IMG/VR virus record: IMGVR_UViG_3300037046_000015
Coordinates: 1-26,917 of that record
From: a virus
Lineage: Duplodnaviria > Caudoviricetes
Length of the DNA stretch: 26,917 nt
Reading direction: 5' to 3' (one strand)
The notes below the pieces were generated by a model. That model searched no databases. It was not told where the DNA came from and saw only the letters and a program-made list of their open reading frames with translations. Below are positions 23,955 to 26,917 of the stretch, one piece after another (the first letter of the stretch is position 1; each line of letters starts with the position of its first letter). A program made the translations under genes and the position numbers.

Positions 23955-24014
23955 TGTAAACTGTGTACACATCCCTACTTTAGGGATTAACCAAAACTGT
24001 TCGGAGACAAAACG

Positions 24015-24887
24015 ATGAGCGCATATGATGCAACCAACATCCACGCACGGGCCATGCTGGTCAACCTGAGCATCAGCCAGTGGTCCGCTCGCAAGATCGA
24101 CAAGCGCGCCGCAGCGCAGGTGGCTACGACCAACAAGGTCGAGTCCCGCAACGGCTCCTACTACAAGTCCCTCGTCGAAGGTGGCTCGCTGGAGGAGATC
24201 AAGAAGCTGGTCACCCAGGTCCGTGCCGCGCACTACCGCCGCACCCTGCCGTGGTCTGACGCCGGCCCTCGTGTGCTGGCGAACCTCGGCTACATGGAAT
24301 ACGTGCAGGAGATGGGCGACTTCGGGGCGAAGTTCGACACCCTGGTCGGCGCCTTCCTCAAGGAGTACCCGCTGCTCAAGCAGGAGGCCAAGCGCCTACT
24401 CGGCGATCTGTTCGACGAGGCCGACTACCCTGACTTGCAGACGGTGGCTGACAAGTTCTCGTTCAAGACCAGCGTCACGCCGCTGCCGATGGGCGACGAC
24501 TTCCGCTGCGACCTGGGCAGCGATGAGGTCGACCGCATCCGCGCCGAGATCACAGCCACTACCACCGCCGCTGTAGAGCAGGCCGTGGTCAACGCCTACG
24601 AGCGGATCAGCGACGTGGTGGACTCGTTCATCGACCGCCTGGCCGGCACCGAGACGGTGTTCCGCGACTCGCTGGTGCACAACGCCAAGGACTTGGTGGA
24701 TATCCTGCCGGCCCTCAACATCACCAACGACCCGAAGCTGGCGGAGCTGACCGACCGACTGCGGACCAAGCTGTGCGCTCACGAGCCCGACGCACTGCGC
24801 CACAACCACTCCGCACGCAAGGCCGTCCACGATGAGGCGGTGTCGATGCGTAAGGACCTTATGGACTTTTTCGGGGGCACACTGTGA
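24015..24887 (+). CDS. DUF3150-like helical protein (290 aa)
   Basis: LSISQWSARK, TLPWSDAGPRVL, DYP...KFSF and LNITNDPKL motifs; this family often accompanies phage MoxR/VWA pairs. Confidence 0.7.
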   Translation: MSAYDATNIHARAMLVNLSISQWSARKIDKRAAAQVATTNKVESRNGSYYKSLVEGGSLEEIKKLVTQVRAAHYRRTLPWSDAGPRVLANLGYMEYVQEMGDFGAKFDTLVGAFLKEYPLLKQEAKRLLGDLFDEADYPDLQTVADKFSFKTSVTPLPMGDDFRCDLGSDEVDRIRAEITATTTAAVEQAVVNAYERISDVVDSFIDRLAGTETVFRDSLVHNAKDLVDILPALNITNDPKLAELTDRLRTKLCAHEPDALRHNHSARKAVHDEAVSMRKDLMDFFGGTL

Positions 24888-25219
24888 ACACAATCCAAGC
24901 AGAGGAAACGCTCCGCCGCATGGTGCGGCTGGAGACTCGAGTTAGTAACGCCCTACGTTGCATCGGTATCGTGCCCGGCTCCACGCCGGCCGACACCACG
25001 ACGGGGCGCGCAGTGTACGACAGCGAGGGTCCTCAAGGGATTCCCGCTGTGTACGTCACCACGCCAGAGGTCACGATCGGGGAAATCCTGGCGTGTGCTA
25101 CTCGCGGTGGCAACGGCAGCAGCACGGACGTAACCGTGGTGCTGATGAACCAGATCGTCGGCGTGTTCCGCGTCCACGGCAAACCACAAGGACACCTACC
25201 ATGCAAAAAGAACAACTGA
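24884..25219 (+). CDS. Hypothetical protein (111 aa)
   Basis: GTGA coupling. Confidence 0.65.
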   Translation: MNTIQAEETLRRMVRLETRVSNALRCIGIVPGSTPADTTTGRAVYDSEGPQGIPAVYVTTPEVTIGEILACATRGGNGSSTDVTVVLMNQIVGVFRVHGKPQGHLPCKKNN

Positions 25220-25575
25220 TCGCAACTGACGCCGAGCCCACCGAGGAGCAGATGGAGAAGGGCTTCCGCCAGATGGCACGCGACGCTATCGACTCCGGCG
25301 AGCCGTTCGTGATGCTGGCTGTAACGCCGGGCGAGAAGGGCAACCAAGTCCGCGCCTTCGCCTGCTGCGAGGAGCGCCACGTGTTCGACGCAGCGATAGC
25401 CCTGACCAGTTCGGTCGGCGCCATCGCTATCGGCGAGGTGGGTATGAACACCCTGCCGCCGGACGCAGCGCACACCCTGGCGCTGGTGGCTGGGCTGCGC
25501 TCCCTGCAGAGCTACGCCACTGAGGCAGCGAAGGGAGCCAGCTCCCTGCAGCCTGGCACCGACACCGCCCACTGA
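25201..25575 (+). CDS. Hypothetical protein (124 aa, MQKEQLIA...)
   Basis: AAGGA SD upstream of ATG 25201. Confidence 0.7.
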   Translation: MQKEQLIATDAEPTEEQMEKGFRQMARDAIDSGEPFVMLAVTPGEKGNQVRAFACCEERHVFDAAIALTSSVGAIAIGEVGMNTLPPDAAHTLALVAGLRSLQSYATEAAKGASSLQPGTDTAH

Positions 25576-25576
25576 C

Positions 25577-25861
25577 GTGCGCCGACGGCTCAGCAAGCAG
25601 CACTGTCGGTGCACGTCGAAGACGAAGTGCGGCCGACGGTTCAAGGGGTTCCCGGGCGTGACGCCCTGCCCCCACTGCGGAGCCGCCGGCAGGCTGGACA
25701 AGTGGGCGGACAAGAAGCCCTGGAAGAAACGCGACAGGCTCTGCTACTGCAGCGCCTATGAATGGGGCGCGTACGGGTCGCCGCACCGTGAGGGGTACGG
25801 CGCCTGTTACTACGCACCGAGGAGGGACGATGGACTACCAGAAACTGGGCGAGCTGACTGA
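25577..25861 (+). CDS. Cys/His-rich basic protein, probable zinc binder (94 aa)
   Basis: CRC..C, CPHC and CYC...PHR...C motifs; GTG start next to the upstream stop. Confidence 0.65.
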   Translation: MRRRLSKQHCRCTSKTKCGRRFKGFPGVTPCPHCGAAGRLDKWADKKPWKKRDRLCYCSAYEWGAYGSPHREGYGACYYAPRRDDGLPETGRAD

Positions 25862-26036
25862 GCGAGCCCTTGGGAACTGCGAGGCAGTGAGTGTGGTGGT
25901 GTATGACGACGGCACCAGCTACGTGACGCTGCGTAACGGGGGCGACGAGTACGTCAGCAAGACTCACTCGGACGATATAACCCTCGAGCTGTTCGAGGAG
26001 AAGCTGGACGCCATCGAGGGAGGGCGTGGGCTATGA
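25830..26036 (+). CDS. Acidic hypothetical protein (68 aa, MDYQKLGE...)
   Basis: GAGGAGG SD; ATGA coupling to the ligase. Confidence 0.7.
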   Translation: MDYQKLGELTERALGNCEAVSVVVYDDGTSYVTLRNGGDEYVSKTHSDDITLELFEEKLDAIEGGRGL

Positions 26037-26917
26037 CACCAAAGAAACCGATGCTGGCGTGTGATGCGCCGGCCGATCTGCAGTTCCCGGTGTACGCCAG
26101 CCCCAAGCTGGACGGCATCCGCTGCACTGTGTGGCCAGGGCAGCCGGTGACCCGGGCGCTCAAGCCTATCCCCAACCGCTTCGTACGTGAGGTACTGACC
26201 AACGCAAATCTTCCCGCCGTGTTCGACGGCGAGCTGGTGGTCGGCCCGGCCAACGCACCGGACGTCTACACGAAGACGACCAGCGGGATCATGTCCCACG
26301 AGGGCGCGCCGGACTTCACCTTCTGGGTGTTCGACTACGTGCCGGACCCCGCTGAACCCCACGTGTTTGACGAGCGGCGCAACCGTTTGCTGTCCCGCAC
26401 CGGCGCCATCCAGTCGTTTCACCCCTGGTTCAAACTGCTGCCGCAGGTGCGGATCCACAACGCCGAGCAGTTGGCAGGGTACGAGCAGCAGATGCTGACC
26501 GAAGGGTTCGAGGGCATCATCGTCCGCCGCCCCGACGCGCCGTACAAGCACGGTCGGTCGACGGCGAAGGAAGGCTACCTGCTCAAGGTCAAGCGGTTCC
26601 AAGACACCGAGGTCGAGGTGCTCGGCGTCGAGGAGCTGATGCACAACGCCAACGAGGCGACGACCAACGAGCTGGGCCACACCCAGCGAAGCTCTGCCCA
26701 GGCTGGGCTGGTGCCGGCCGGTGTACTGGGCGCGCTGGTCTGCCGCTGGGGCGAGATGACGTTCAAGGTCGGCACCGGTTTCACTGCAGAGCAACGAGCT
26801 GAGCTGTGGCTCAAGCGCGACGCACTGATCGGCACCCTGGCGAAGATCAAGTACTTCGAGCAGGGTATGAAAGACCTGCCTCGCCACCCGGTGTGGCTGG
26901 GGTTCCGCGACGCGAGG
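26033..26917 (+). CDS. lig: ATP-dependent DNA ligase (stop codon lies beyond the window)
   Basis: Not in the ORF track. Hand translation gives KPMLA, motif I SPKLDGIRC, FDGEL, FWVFD, EGIIVR, LLKVK, FKVGTGF and PRHPVWLGFRD. Confidence 0.95.
   Translation, partial: MTPKKPMLACDAPADLQFPVYASPKLDGIRCTVWPGQPVTRALKPIPNRFVREVLTNANLPAVFDGELVVGPANAPDVYTKTTSGIMSHEGAPDFTFWVFDYVPDPAEPHVFDERRNRLLSRTGAIQSFHPWFKLLPQVRIHNAEQLAGYEQQMLTEGFEGIIVRRPDAPYKHGRSTAKEGYLLKVKRFQDTEVEVLGVEELMHNANEATTNELGHTQRSSAQAGLVPAGVLGALVCRWGEMTFKVGTGFTAEQRAELWLKRDALIGTLAKIKYFEQGMKDLPRHPVWLGFRDAR

Larger units (their letters stand above)
11402..23987. repeat. Dispersed 17-bp dyad ATCCCTA-N3-TAGGGAT, 14 copies
   Basis: Starts at 11402, 12085, 12481, 12708, 12846, 13289, 13353, 14026, 14641, 15584, 16928, 17843, 19887, 23971. 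Copies 11402, 12085 and 16928 each have one terminal mismatch. Confidence 0.95.

Noticed and set aside
11402-23987. Dyad repeats as a CRISPR array or mini-array
   Set aside because: Spacing is irregular (tens to thousands of bp), copies flank genes, the repeat is only 17 bp and no cas genes are present.
11402-23987. Dyad as an N4 virion-RNAP hairpin promoter
   Set aside because: Stem and 3-nt loop geometry is similar, but copies occur equally in both orientations while all local genes are plus-strand, and no such polymerase is visible in the window. Not fully excluded.
12974-26887. Long minus-strand ORFs opposite early genes (e.g. 15004..16158, 20194..21135, 25964..26887)
   Set aside because: Shadows of the coupled plus-strand genes, including the ligase.

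Overview
GC-rich segment of a tailed dsDNA phage genome (podovirus-like, N4-gp56-family capsid; a Pseudomonas-like host is only an inference). Positions 1-11169 are a minus-strand morphogenesis arm: adaptor, major capsid, scaffold-like protein, portal, large and small terminase, tail-fibre genes. Positions 11497-26917 are a plus-strand early/replication arm of many small, translationally coupled ORFs, a MoxR-like AAA+ ATPase with a VWA/HExxH partner, a DUF3150-like protein and an ATP-dependent DNA ligase. The most striking feature is three intergenic type II hammerhead ribozymes (13277-13350, 14014-14087, 14612-14701). They have intact catalytic cores, covarying stem I and covarying pseudoknots, and they split the early transcript into two-gene units. 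Each carries in stem III a 17-bp dyad ATCCCTA-N3-TAGGGAT that occurs 14 times by my manual count, only from 11402 onward. Also notable: an ORF-free region with a ~417-bp imperfect inverted repeat and iterons, about 10 small ORFs sharing a C-terminal motif, a SutA-like segment and a protein carrying scrambled PolA-like motifs. All calls come from reading the sequence; no database search or folding program was run.
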